A stretch of DNA of 64,000 nucleotides. Source: Candidatus Latescibacterota bacterium. GTDB lineage: Bacteria > Latescibacterota > UBA2968 > UBA8231. The DNA lies in contig OZ220089.1 in assembly GCA_964291625.2 (NCBI GenBank), positions 352,001-416,000 on the forward strand. The letters are read 5' to 3'. Below, in pieces: positions 36,901-45,206 of this stretch. Within the stretch, counting starts at the first letter, position 1. Each line of letters starts with the position of its first letter. The translations under genes and the position numbers were made by a program. The notes beneath the pieces were generated by a model. That model was not told the origin of the DNA, ran no database searches, and saw only the letters and a list, made by a program, of their open reading frames with translations.

Positions 36901-37443
36901 GAACTGCCAGAGCACCCGTCCCCGCCGGTCCAGGCATCCCACCCAGCCGGCCTTGGAGGTCACCACGATCTCGGGCCGGCCGTCGCCGTCGACGTCACCC
37001 GACGTGGGGAACATGCGGAAGTCGATCGGCCCGAACCCCGGCCAGCGCCAGAGCACCCGGCCGCCCCCGTCGAGGGCGAAGACCTCCCCGTAGCTGGCCT
37101 GGACCACGATCTCGGGATCTCCCTCGCCGTCCAGGTCGACCACCACCGGCGTCCGGACGCGCTCCCTGGCCCACTCCACCTGTCCGGCCACCTTGTCCAG
37201 GCCGATCAGCTGCGTCCTCCAGACCTCCCGCCCCTTCGTGTCCAGCCGCAGCAGGTCGATGCCTTCCCCCATCAGGAGGCCCTCGATCGCGGGCCCCGAC
37301 GGGTAGGGCACCGGGCTGCTCAGACCCTGCGACTCGTAGCGCCACTGCTGCTCCGGCGACGGCCAGGGATCCGCCCCTTGGGCCGCAGCGGCGGCCAGCC
37401 ACCAGACCAGCGTCAGGAATACGACCGCTGCGCGTGAAGACAT
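33994..37443 (-). CDS. Secreted FG-GAP/PQQ-like beta-propeller protein fused to a C-terminal DUF4091/GH123-like domain
   Basis: Seven DLDGDGxxEIVV-type repeats with G..LW motifs. C-terminal QDEP...GWETFRLGLEGWGFW...SNRRWQAVRDGTED. Confidence 0.8.
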   Translation of the reverse strand: MSSRAAVVFLTLVWWLAAAAAQGADPWPSPEQQWRYESQGLSSPVPYPSGPAIEGLLMGEGIDLLRLDTKGREVWRTQLIGLDKVAGQVEWARERVRTPVVVDLDGEGDPEIVVQASYGEVFALDGGGRVLWRWPGFGPIDFRMFPTSGDVDGDGRPEIVVTSKAGWVGCLDRRGRVLWQFNARWGLASAPVAADLDGDGRDEVVYGSDSRVLALSGSGQLLWQADLSDHGAVFSRNRPMVMDGDGDGRTEVYFLDCVRNFVVRLDGPTGAVAWVEPQPSYFGYLGLIAADLEGDGVHDLIVTGKSTLVARMSLSGETLWGTQLGGRGIFFPPAVADLNGDGAQEVVVGVRGHSPDERRTGLYVVDPSSGEILSAVAQEDGGIHAPLVADLDRDGRLEVVAGERHLTAWEFPFEGGAIAAGHMWGGDELPVSRQPSEARPPGEEGVLVGSIPPPHYGYNVLDLDSPDARPGDYAEVSVLGPGGERWGRLHTLRAGDPPALRYPVRQPGDHRVEVRLLDGAGRVKSWQRRTVKVEDLLGPVIRQVESAAGQARKVAGALADGHSRAARFALHQAAEIQGDLAVLKARARGLESFTWREHEALADRVRLLLKATRRAAGLTALTGRQAAERANTDLAVWEDPNPWDLVNPLDELPADLGSPVVEVWGYGNEVESRAVHVLNTSPAGLVVRLEPGAIAAADTSVDLELEADEVVRFSQVVSLQSKHAYRVLGTETDERVPELLPELGPEKLLEVAPGEVEDLWLEVSTYGLAAGEYTLRWPLTTLEPAPYRDTLTVRLRVSEVALPEHRWERPYVFHPWVYPLHQGPERMRRLAVHLKRSGVNAAVLNLPYAYVDTSGTRLIKPLDWSAFDRMWETVGPLKHLLFQNYHIYWPEGVKPDEEQWLAGFRTYADAVFPRLDSLGIGADRWSVYPQDEPGLTGEGSVQTFIDRARRLVDSDPRWRIYNNYAGTTTAEQVERMAEVTHVWQPAMKVLKRLFDQAMPVMRGREGNPVWWFVAEGNGLVLNPLGFYRGSGWETFRLGLEGWGFWSLRHGPPLWRTRPEEEPDYVTIGDDGVHFTSNRRWQAVRDGTEDFTAFTMLAKRAAETGDPEAGALLEELRPSSTFLLYRESPDWERVQEICRAVERTLVRLQP

Positions 37444-37503
37444 GGCTTCCTCTCCTTCCCCGACCTGCTGCGCCGTGAGGGTGCCTGGCCGGGACCCGGT
37501 CTC

Positions 37504-39528
37504 CTAGTCGAGGGTGGCCGCGAGATCGTCCAGAGCCAGCTTCGGCCGCTCCCAGAAGCTGGTGACCCACAGGAGATCGGAGAAGAACATGCGCTGGTTC
37601 TTCTTGCGGAAGGCGACCAGCTCCCGCAGCGCCGACTCGGCCTCCGCCCGGTTCGCCTCCGGGACCGTGTCCGGGACCTCGTCCTGTATCTCGAAGAGGG
37701 ATGTCAGCCGCAGGGTCAGCCGGGCGTGGTCGAAACCGACGCGGACGAAGCGCACTCGCTCGGCGAACTCCGTCGCGACGCCCGGCGCTCCGGCTTCGGC
37801 CTCCGCCTGCTCCAGCAGCCGCTCGGCCGGGCCGAAGGCCTCGGGCGGGAAGGCCAGGTGGGCCTTGCGGGCATAGGAGCGGTAGCGCCAGCCGAACTCC
37901 CAGAACAACTCGATGAAGCGCAATTGGTTGTCGAAGGAGTAGTCCTCCCAGTACTGGAAGTAGCGGTCCATGGTGCCGGCGGCGGGGCCGAAAGCCGAGA
38001 GGTACTCGGCGCGGATGGCGTCCAGCTCCAGGCTGGGATCGCTGAGGAGGCGCATGTGCATGTAGAGCCGCAGGCCGTGGACCCCCCACTGCCCGGTGAG
38101 GGAGTCGAAGCTGCCCCCCTCCATGCCGTTCTCCCAGGCGAACCTGAAGAACTCCCCGGACTGGCGCGTGTCGAAGTGGGGCAGCACGTAGCCGTCGTGC
38201 AGATAGTTGGGCCGGTAGCCCATGCGGATCCCCGTCCTCCGCCAGCCCAGCCACTGCTCCTTCACCCACTCGTACGCCTCGGGGGGCATGGGGAAGTAGC
38301 GGAGGTGCGGGTCCTGCCACTGCACGAACTCGCCGTAGAGGCTGTTGCCGAGGTGGATGTCGAAGAGGGGCGCCGGGAACTCGTTCTCGTAGATGAAGGA
38401 GACCGAGACCCTGGCATGGGGATTCCGCTTGCGGGCCTTCTCGTGGATCGTCTTCCAGAACCGCGCGTAGCGGTCCGATGTCACCCCCGAGAACTCCTCC
38501 TGGGCCCGGTGGTCCGTGGCGTAGACCCGCTCGGCGAACCACGGCGGCTCCTCCGGCTGGGGCGCGTCCCAGGACTGGCAGACGTCGCAGGTGCACCGCC
38601 CCGGGCGGTCCACGGGGCCGAGGAGGAGCCAGCTCTCGCCGTCCCAGCGGCTGACCACGAACTCCTGCAGCTCCTCGTTGGAGACGCACATGGCCACGTG
38701 GGCGTAACTCGTGTCCGGATCGCCGCGCACGCCGTCCCGACGCAGCTGAAACCAGTCCGGGTGCTCGCGTCCATATCGCTGCCACCAGCCGCTGAAGGCG
38801 TGGCCCGACGGCGGCTTGGCGTCCATGCCGCCGAACCGGTGCCGGCGCAGGAGCACCTGCACGGCCTTGCCGTACTCCACGGCCACCTCGTGGCTGAAGC
38901 CGAGCTTCTCGTCGCCGGGATCCAGCGGCGCCCCTCCGAGGGCGACGGAGCGGACCGCGCCCCAGGAGAAGTGCCGGAAGCGCAGGGCCGGCGCCGTGGT
39001 CTGGTTGATGGCGGAGATGCGGACGACATCGGTACGGGGGACGTAGGTGCCCAGCTCGCCGGGCCAGAGCCAGCGCACGCCGAGGACCTCCTCGAGGATC
39101 TCGTACACGCCGAAGAGGGGCCCCACGTCGGGATTGTGCTCGGCAAAGGGGTCGCCGCCGGACTCCCGGCCCCCGATGAAGAGATCGTTCCCCACGGAGC
39201 GCAGGACGAAGGTCTCCCGCGGCAGGCGTTCCGGGTCGAGCCCGAAGGTCCGGCCCGTCTCGGTGTCCCCCACGTACACGCGGCTGTGCACGTCCTCCGG
39301 CACCTCGGACTCGGGCACGATCGGCAGCGACACGCCAGTCGCCTTCTCGATGTGCCGGACCAGCTCCTCCGCCGCGTAGCGCGCCGTCGGCGTCGGCTCG
39401 TCGGCGGTGACCACCACGGCGTGGGCCGTTCCGTCCTCGACGATGCGGACCTGCGCTTGGCCGGGGAAAGGCAGCAGAATCCCGACGAACAGGGCCGCCA
39501 TGAGCTTGGAGTGGATTCCTCGCCTCAT
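37504..39528 (-). CDS. DUF4838 domain-containing secreted protein (close paralogue of 24439-26448)
   Basis: Signal peptide, LGVRWLWPG, GHAF, HPDWF and CTCDVC. Shares the DPHLRYFPMP...KEQWLGW..TG.RMGYRPNYL.DGYVLPHF.TRQSG block with 24439-26448. Confidence 0.88.
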   Translation of the reverse strand: MRRGIHSKLMAALFVGILLPFPGQAQVRIVEDGTAHAVVVTADEPTPTARYAAEELVRHIEKATGVSLPIVPESEVPEDVHSRVYVGDTETGRTFGLDPERLPRETFVLRSVGNDLFIGGRESGGDPFAEHNPDVGPLFGVYEILEEVLGVRWLWPGELGTYVPRTDVVRISAINQTTAPALRFRHFSWGAVRSVALGGAPLDPGDEKLGFSHEVAVEYGKAVQVLLRRHRFGGMDAKPPSGHAFSGWWQRYGREHPDWFQLRRDGVRGDPDTSYAHVAMCVSNEELQEFVVSRWDGESWLLLGPVDRPGRCTCDVCQSWDAPQPEEPPWFAERVYATDHRAQEEFSGVTSDRYARFWKTIHEKARKRNPHARVSVSFIYENEFPAPLFDIHLGNSLYGEFVQWQDPHLRYFPMPPEAYEWVKEQWLGWRRTGIRMGYRPNYLHDGYVLPHFDTRQSGEFFRFAWENGMEGGSFDSLTGQWGVHGLRLYMHMRLLSDPSLELDAIRAEYLSAFGPAAGTMDRYFQYWEDYSFDNQLRFIELFWEFGWRYRSYARKAHLAFPPEAFGPAERLLEQAEAEAGAPGVATEFAERVRFVRVGFDHARLTLRLTSLFEIQDEVPDTVPEANRAEAESALRELVAFRKKNQRMFFSDLLWVTSFWERPKLALDDLAATLD

Positions 39529-39638
39529 GATCTCGCCTCCCCGAGCCCGTCCGGTGCCGACCGGACCCGCAATGGGGTCGCGGCATCGTATGACAATCCC
39601 GGGGCTTTGGCAAACTCACTCCAGGACCCGCCCCCGGC

Positions 39639-41582
39639 TCAGAAGTTGAAGATCATGTTCCCTTCCACGCCGTGGGCCCCGTCGATGAAGACCCACATGC
39701 AGGCGGTGGAGAACTCGCCCAGGATCAGCCCGAGGAAGAAGGGCAGAAGGGAGCGGTAGGTCCGCACACCGCCGTGGCGCAGCGTGAGCGCCTTGAAGAC
39801 CCAGGCCAGGAAGAGGGCGAACCAGTCGTAGGAGACGATCGGATAGGTGGTGGCTATGGGGAAGCCGATGGGATGGAGAGGCCACCAGGGAAAGCGCTGG
39901 CGCAGGAACAGGAGCAGGCCCATGAAGCCGCCCCCAAGGCCGGTGAAGAGCATGCGCGGCGAGAAGGAGGACTCCGGATCGTTGTACACGGAGGCCATGT
40001 ACCTGAGGGGCCACCTGGGGGCCCCCTCGAAGAACCAACCGTGCAGGTTGACCCCGCCGTGGGCGTAGGAGATGCCCATGGTGACCCAGATCGAGCCGGC
40101 CATGCCGACGACGATGGCGGCCAGGAAGATCCAGGGCAGGCGCCGGTCCGGCCGCTCCCCCGCGGTGGCCTTGAGCTTGAAGGTGTGGAGCATGGCGCTC
40201 GTCATGGTGGTGAGCCCCCCGGCCCCCACCCACACCGTGCTCAACCCCAGGCCTGTCATGTTCCCCAGGCCCAGGACGCCCGGCCCGAAACCGCGGGTGA
40301 TGAAGGACTGGGGCACCATCGGCGTCTGCACCCCGGGGAGGCCGGCCTCGCAGATGACGCGGGCCACGCCGATGTAGACGATGAGGGCCCCGAGAACCAG
40401 CAGCACGGCCACGTACAGACTGAGGCCGGTCAGGACGAGCCAGGCCACCACCACGGCCACCCCGGCCGGCAGCCCGACGAGGGCGGTGCGCGGCGCCATC
40501 ACCTCGCCGCCGCCCTTGTTGTCCAAAGCGCACCTCACCAGGCCGGCCAGGTGCCGCCGCGCCGTCCACAGGACGAATCCCACCAGGACGACGAGGGCCC
40601 CGGCCTGCTGATGCATGATCGCCGCCGGCGCCCCCCCGGAGTTCCACACGTCGCCGCCGCCGATGTCCAGGCCGACGCGGGTGAAGACCCAGGTCTGCAC
40701 GAGGCCGAGGACGAAGAAGAACCAGACGCTGAAGGAGACCCCCAGCGACATGAGGTAGCCCACCCCGATGATCGGCAGGTTGAGGCGGAAGGGTACCGAC
40801 ACCTGCCCCTGGAGCAGGCTGAAGGAGCCGGTCAGGGCCAGGGGCTGGATGCCGTCGTGGTAGGCGGAGAGGGAGTTCCACGAGTGCAGCAGCAGGGGAA
40901 TGGCGAAGCCGAGCCACATGAGCCGGCTCCGCAGCAGCGGGCTGAAGAGGGAGGACTTCCCCGGCTCCTGGGTCATGGCCAGGGGCAGGCTGGTCAGCGG
41001 AAAGAGGAGCCGCTCGTTGTCGATCCACTGGCCGCGCAGGAGCACCGCCAGGCAGAGGACGACCCAGTAGAGGGCGGCCATGAAGGGCATCCACACGGCC
41101 AGGGTGAGGGCCCAGGCCGACCAGGGGACGGCCATGCCCTGGGGAAGGCCCTCGTAGAGATACTGCACGGCCCCGGGGTCCGTGGGCGTCACCCAGGGGT
41201 GCTGGTGCTCCACGAAGAGGGCCCTCCAGTCGTTCTCGGGACTGGCGTAGTACATGGCGCCGGTGATGACCGACAGGAAGTGGCCGGTGAAGCCGGTGAC
41301 GATCGTCGAACCGACGAGCATCATCCCGTAGACGGTGATCACCTCGGAGCGCGAGAACGCCAGCCGCCGGTGGAGTGCCCCGAGGACCGGCACGGCCACG
41401 GCGGTCATGGCGAAGAGGAAGAGGACGGCGATGATGGGGATGGCCGTGTTGGTGAGCTGCGATCCCTTGACCATCAGGATCGCCCAGGGGCCGAGGTGGC
41501 AGATGACGGCCATCAGCACAGCGCCGGTGAGCACCGCGCGCAGGGTCACGCCCGAGGCCGGGCGAGATCCCGGAACCGTCAA
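39639..41582 (-). CDS. DUF6785/DUF6784-type polytopic membrane protein (putative transporter)
   Basis: GGAGG then TTG 41582. VTLRAVLTG, QWIDNERLLFPL, WWPLHPIG and PFFLGLILGE. Paralogue of 26507-28501. Confidence 0.8.
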   Translation of the reverse strand: MTVPGSRPASGVTLRAVLTGAVLMAVICHLGPWAILMVKGSQLTNTAIPIIAVLFLFAMTAVAVPVLGALHRRLAFSRSEVITVYGMMLVGSTIVTGFTGHFLSVITGAMYYASPENDWRALFVEHQHPWVTPTDPGAVQYLYEGLPQGMAVPWSAWALTLAVWMPFMAALYWVVLCLAVLLRGQWIDNERLLFPLTSLPLAMTQEPGKSSLFSPLLRSRLMWLGFAIPLLLHSWNSLSAYHDGIQPLALTGSFSLLQGQVSVPFRLNLPIIGVGYLMSLGVSFSVWFFFVLGLVQTWVFTRVGLDIGGGDVWNSGGAPAAIMHQQAGALVVLVGFVLWTARRHLAGLVRCALDNKGGGEVMAPRTALVGLPAGVAVVVAWLVLTGLSLYVAVLLVLGALIVYIGVARVICEAGLPGVQTPMVPQSFITRGFGPGVLGLGNMTGLGLSTVWVGAGGLTTMTSAMLHTFKLKATAGERPDRRLPWIFLAAIVVGMAGSIWVTMGISYAHGGVNLHGWFFEGAPRWPLRYMASVYNDPESSFSPRMLFTGLGGGFMGLLLFLRQRFPWWPLHPIGFPIATTYPIVSYDWFALFLAWVFKALTLRHGGVRTYRSLLPFFLGLILGEFSTACMWVFIDGAHGVEGNMIFNF

Positions 41583-42044
41583 CCCCTGTCCTCCATGGGC
41601 ACCTACCTTCCGCCCGGGACCTTGGTACTTCCACCCGGACCAGGCAACCGTCTCCGGCCGACCAGGGCGACCCGGCCCGGCGCCTCCCGCGCCTGGGCCG
41701 TCGCCGTCGAGGGCCTCCCTCCACCAGCGCAACACAAGGCCCGGCAGAGCGGCGGCAGGCCGCGGACCCGTCCCCAGGCCCAGGGGATCGGGCCCCGCGC
41801 GGCACACTGCTGGCCCGCCGCCGTCGGTGGAGGCGAGCTCGCCGGCACATCTACTGGTATATGGACGAAGGCTGGTCCCGGGGCCGGCGACCAGAAGAAG
41901 GCCGCGCCGGCCCGCAACTGCGGCGCTCCGATGGCACGGTTCGACGCACCCCAAGGCGGGCGGGAGCCGGGATCAACTCGCGCCTGCGGGTCTTCCCCAC
42001 CGGCTGAAGGCCCCCGTGCGTGGCCGGGCGGCTCCGGCGGGCGG

Positions 42045-42734
42045 TCAGTCGCGAATGCCCTGGCGCAGGATCAGCAGACGCACGAGGTGCATGAGGGCGG
42101 TGGCCGTGGCCGCCACGTAGGTGAGGGCGGCGGCGTTGAGCACCCGCCGGGCGTCCCTGGCCTCGTCGGCGCGCAGGTAGCGCCCGTCGACGAGTTGGGT
42201 CATGGCGCGGGAGCTGGCGTTGAACTCGACGGGCAGGGTGATCAGCTGGAAGGCGACGACGCCGGCGTAGAGCAGGATGCCGATGTCGATCATCCCCTTC
42301 GACTGAAACAGGAAACCGATGATGAAGAGGGGGAAGGCGGCCCACGAGCCGATGTTGGCCACCGGCAGGAAGCTGTGGCGCAGGTTCAGGGCGAAGTAAC
42401 CCGTGGCGTGCTGGATGGCGTGCCCCACCTCGTGGGCGGCCACCGCCAGGCCGGCGAGATGGCGGCCGTGGTAGATGCCCGAGGAGAGGCGCACGACCTT
42501 GTCCCGGGGATCGTAGTGGTCGGAGAGGGTGCCGCCCGTCTCCTCGACGGCGACGTCGACGATGCCCTGCTCGCGCAGCAGGCGGCGGGCCGTCTCGGCG
42601 CCGGTGATGCCGGCGGCGGACCCGACCTGGCTGTACTTGGAGTAGGCGCTGCGCACCCTGGACTGGGCGTACAGGGCCAGGACGATACAGGGGATCAGCA
42701 GGATCATGGTGGGGTCGAAGAAGAGGAAGGGCAC
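42045..42734 (-). CDS. Membrane zinc metallopeptidase (YugP / Zn_peptidase_2 family)
   Basis: AGGAGG then GTG 42734. LSDHYDP, AAHEVGHAIQHA (HEXXH), TLPVEFNASSRA and LNAAALTYVAA. Confidence 0.92.
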   Translation of the reverse strand: MPFLFFDPTMILLIPCIVLALYAQSRVRSAYSKYSQVGSAAGITGAETARRLLREQGIVDVAVEETGGTLSDHYDPRDKVVRLSSGIYHGRHLAGLAVAAHEVGHAIQHATGYFALNLRHSFLPVANIGSWAAFPLFIIGFLFQSKGMIDIGILLYAGVVAFQLITLPVEFNASSRAMTQLVDGRYLRADEARDARRVLNAAALTYVAATATALMHLVRLLILRQGIRD

Positions 42735-42896
42735 CTCGAGACCTCCTGTGAAGTCGGTTGCTGCGGGGTTCGTCCGGACTCGCCGGACTCCCCTGCTCTG
42801 GAATATATGAACCCGGACCCTCCGCGCCGGTTCCATGCGACCCGGCGGAGGCTCAGCCGCGGGGGCCGCCCCGTTCCCGAGCCCCCACCGGGGGAG

Positions 42897-43646
42897 TCAG
42901 GTAGACGCCTCCGTCCACCGCGGCGACGGTTCCTCGGTGGCTATCCGCACCCGCCTCTCGATGGACCCGCCGCCGTTCGGCTCGCCCTCCTGGGCCACGT
43001 TCACCGGCAGCCGCAGGGTCGGGGGCACGGCGACGCCGGCGGACACGATCATCTGGAAGGCCGCCTCGACGCTGAGCCCGGTGGGCTCGATCTCGTTGCG
43101 CGGCACGATGAGCATGAAACCCGTGGTCGGATTCGGCGCGGTGGGCACGAAGATGCTGTGCGCCGGCGGCCGCCCGTCCTCGAAGGGCACGTCGCCAGCG
43201 AGGAACCCAAGGGTCCACAGCCCCTTGCGGGGGTACTCGAAGAGGACCACCTGCTTGAACCCCGCCTTGTCGGGCGAGGTCATCGTCTCCATCAGCTTGC
43301 GCACGGGGCTGTAGATGGTGCGCACCAGGGGCAGCCGCTCGATCGCCTCGCGCGCGTCGTGCAGCAGACGGCGGGTGAGCACGTGGGTGGTCACGGTGCC
43401 CACGACCCAGAGGATGAGGATGGTGAGCAGGAACCCGATGCCCCGGTAGTACCAGTCCGGATCGCCGGCGATGGCGGCGAAGGGCCGGATGAGGGGGCGG
43501 GAGAACCGGTCGGCCCAGTTGAACAGCGTCCACAGGACCCAGCCGGTGATCCACAGCGGGGCGATGACGGTGATCCCCGCCATCAGGGTGTTGCGCAGCC
43601 GGTGCCGGCGGTTGGGCCTGGAGAAACCTGGTCTCTTCATATCCAC
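42897..43646 (-). CDS. DUF502 domain membrane protein
   Basis: P++RTIYS, VVLFEYPRKG.W..GF, FVPTAPNPTTGF and SVEAAFQMIVSAG. Confidence 0.9.
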   Translation of the reverse strand: MDMKRPGFSRPNRRHRLRNTLMAGITVIAPLWITGWVLWTLFNWADRFSRPLIRPFAAIAGDPDWYYRGIGFLLTILILWVVGTVTTHVLTRRLLHDAREAIERLPLVRTIYSPVRKLMETMTSPDKAGFKQVVLFEYPRKGLWTLGFLAGDVPFEDGRPPAHSIFVPTAPNPTTGFMLIVPRNEIEPTGLSVEAAFQMIVSAGVAVPPTLRLPVNVAQEGEPNGGGSIERRVRIATEEPSPRWTEAST

Positions 43647-43721
43647 GACGATTACCGGAGGGGAGGCCTCACGGCCTGGGGGTCGGGCGGACCTGGGAGA
43701 GAAGAGAGGAGGGCATGGGCC

Positions 43722-43750
43722 AACCTACCCAGGCCCCGAAATGGTGTCAA
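43722..43750 (-). promoter_or_regulatory. Sigma70-type promoter for the DUF502 gene
   Basis: Minus strand TTGACA-N17-TAGGTT. Confidence 0.6.
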
Positions 43751-43779
43751 GACAGTCGAAGGCCGGACCCGGGTCCCCT

Positions 43780-43808
43780 TTGACACTCTGAATCCCCTCC
43801 TCTACCAT
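43780..43808 (+). promoter_or_regulatory. Sigma70-type promoter for queC
   Basis: TTGACA-N17-TACCAT, ending 11 nt before the queC ATG. Confidence 0.7.
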
Positions 43809-43819
43809 CGCCTTCCGTC

Positions 43820-44491
43820 ATGTCCCCCGCCTCCGAACCGGCCGTCCTCCTGCTGAGCGGCGGCATGGACTCCACGACCCTGCTGTGGCAGCTGCGCGCC
43901 GAGGGGCGGGACCCTTCCGTGCACACCCTCTCCATCGACTACGGGCAGCGGCACCGGGTCGAGCTCGAATCGGCGGCCGCCCTGTCGGCCCGCGCCGGCG
44001 CCGCCTCCCACCGGGTTCTGCCTCTCGACCCGGGCGCCCTCGGCGGCACCCCCCTCACCGACGCCGGCCTCGACGTGCCCGCCGCCTCGGAAGACCGCCA
44101 AATCGACACGGTGGTTCCCTTCCGCAACCTGCTGTTCGTCACCCTCGCCGCCGGCTGCGCCGAGGGCCTGGGAGCCACCGACCTCTACATCGCTCCCGTG
44201 CGCGACGACTACGAGGCCTACCGCGACTGCCGGCGGGAGTTCTACGACAGCCTGGAGCGGACCCTGCGGCTCGGCGCCGCTCGCGACGCGGCCTTCCGCA
44301 TCCACACCCCTTTCGTGGAGCGCGCCAAGACCGAGATCGTGGCCCTCGGCATCGGCCTGAAGGTGCCCTGGGAGCTGACCCACACCTGCTACACGGGGCG
44401 GCGTCCGGCCTGCGGCCGCTGCGACGCCTGCAGCGAACGCCTGGCCGCCTTCGCCGCCAACGGCGCCGTCGATCCCCTGGCCTACGAGTAG
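43820..44491 (+). CDS. queC: 7-cyano-7-deazaguanine synthase QueC
   Basis: LLSGGMDSTT PP-loop, DYGQRH, VPFRNL, YRDCRREF and Zn motif TCY..RRPACGRCDAC.ER. Confidence 0.95.
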   Translation: MSPASEPAVLLLSGGMDSTTLLWQLRAEGRDPSVHTLSIDYGQRHRVELESAAALSARAGAASHRVLPLDPGALGGTPLTDAGLDVPAASEDRQIDTVVPFRNLLFVTLAAGCAEGLGATDLYIAPVRDDYEAYRDCRREFYDSLERTLRLGAARDAAFRIHTPFVERAKTEIVALGIGLKVPWELTHTCYTGRRPACGRCDACSERLAAFAANGAVDPLAYE

Positions 44492-44532
44492 GAGCGGACT
44501 GCTTCGCGGCGCGGCCCCCGGGGAAGGCGGGG

Positions 44533-45108
44533 TCAGTCCACCGGCGCGAGGGTGCCGTCGCGGAGGCGGTATCGCTTCCCGGTGCGGGGGCAGCGGAAGC
44601 CATCGGAGCCGGCGCCCTGCAGCGGGTGGCCTTCCTCGCTCACCCACCCGGACTGGCGCCCGGGCACTCCGTAGACGACGGCGTACGCGGGCACATCGCG
44701 GGTGACCACCGATCCAGCGCCGACCAGTGCGTACTCCCCGACCGTCACGCCGCAGAGCACGGTGCTGTTGGCGCCGAGGGTGGCCCCCCTCTTCACCAGG
44801 ATGGGCTGGAACTCGTGCTTGCGCTCGATGAAGGCGCGGGGATTCACTACATTCGTGAAGACCATGGAGGGGCCGCAGAACACGTCGGACTCCAGGGTCA
44901 CCCCTTTGTACACGGACACGTTGTTCTGCACCTTGCAGCGGTCGCCGATGACGACATCCCGGTCGACATAGACGTTCTGGCCGAGGATGCAGGACCGCCC
45001 GATCCGGGCCCCCGGCATGACGTGGGTGAAATGCCAGATCCGGGTGTCCTCGCCGATCTCGACGGGCTCGTCGACGACGGCGGTACCGTGTATGTAGGGT
45101 TTGCCCAT
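44533..45108 (-). CDS. Hexapeptide-repeat N-acetyltransferase (WbpD/WlbB-like sugar-nucleotide acetyltransferase)
   Basis: IGEDTRIWHFTHV, LGQNVYV, KVQNNVSVYKGVTLE, FCGPSMVFTNV.NPR, GATLGAN and a C-terminal CP.TG..Y. Confidence 0.9.
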   Translation of the reverse strand: MGKPYIHGTAVVDEPVEIGEDTRIWHFTHVMPGARIGRSCILGQNVYVDRDVVIGDRCKVQNNVSVYKGVTLESDVFCGPSMVFTNVVNPRAFIERKHEFQPILVKRGATLGANSTVLCGVTVGEYALVGAGSVVTRDVPAYAVVYGVPGRQSGWVSEEGHPLQGAGSDGFRCPRTGKRYRLRDGTLAPVD

Positions 45109-45206
45109 GGATGACGCCGTTGTTCCGCGGCGGCTGCAATATACGGGCGCCCGCCGGCAGCGGCTACGCGCATCGACAGCACACCCCGGGAGGAGGTAGA
45201 CCCAGC

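Noticed and set aside
41583-42044. ~460-bp intergenic region as an ncRNA or small gene
   Set aside because: No recognisable RNA motif, long stem or credible coding signal. The ORF-track extension of the membrane protein into it is low-complexity, and an SD-led TTG start exists at 41582.
144-43856. Many long ORFs antisense or frame-shifted to real genes (e.g. 144-1946+, 8219-11302+, 21545-25228-, 26282-29032+, 39672-43856+)
   Set aside because: Shadow ORFs expected at this GC content. They are Arg/Gly/Pro-rich, lack motifs, and overlap genes with clear family signatures.
43820-44491. queC as part of a Dpd/Qat/CBASS defence system
   Set aside because: Canonical length and motifs, with no defence-associated neighbours.
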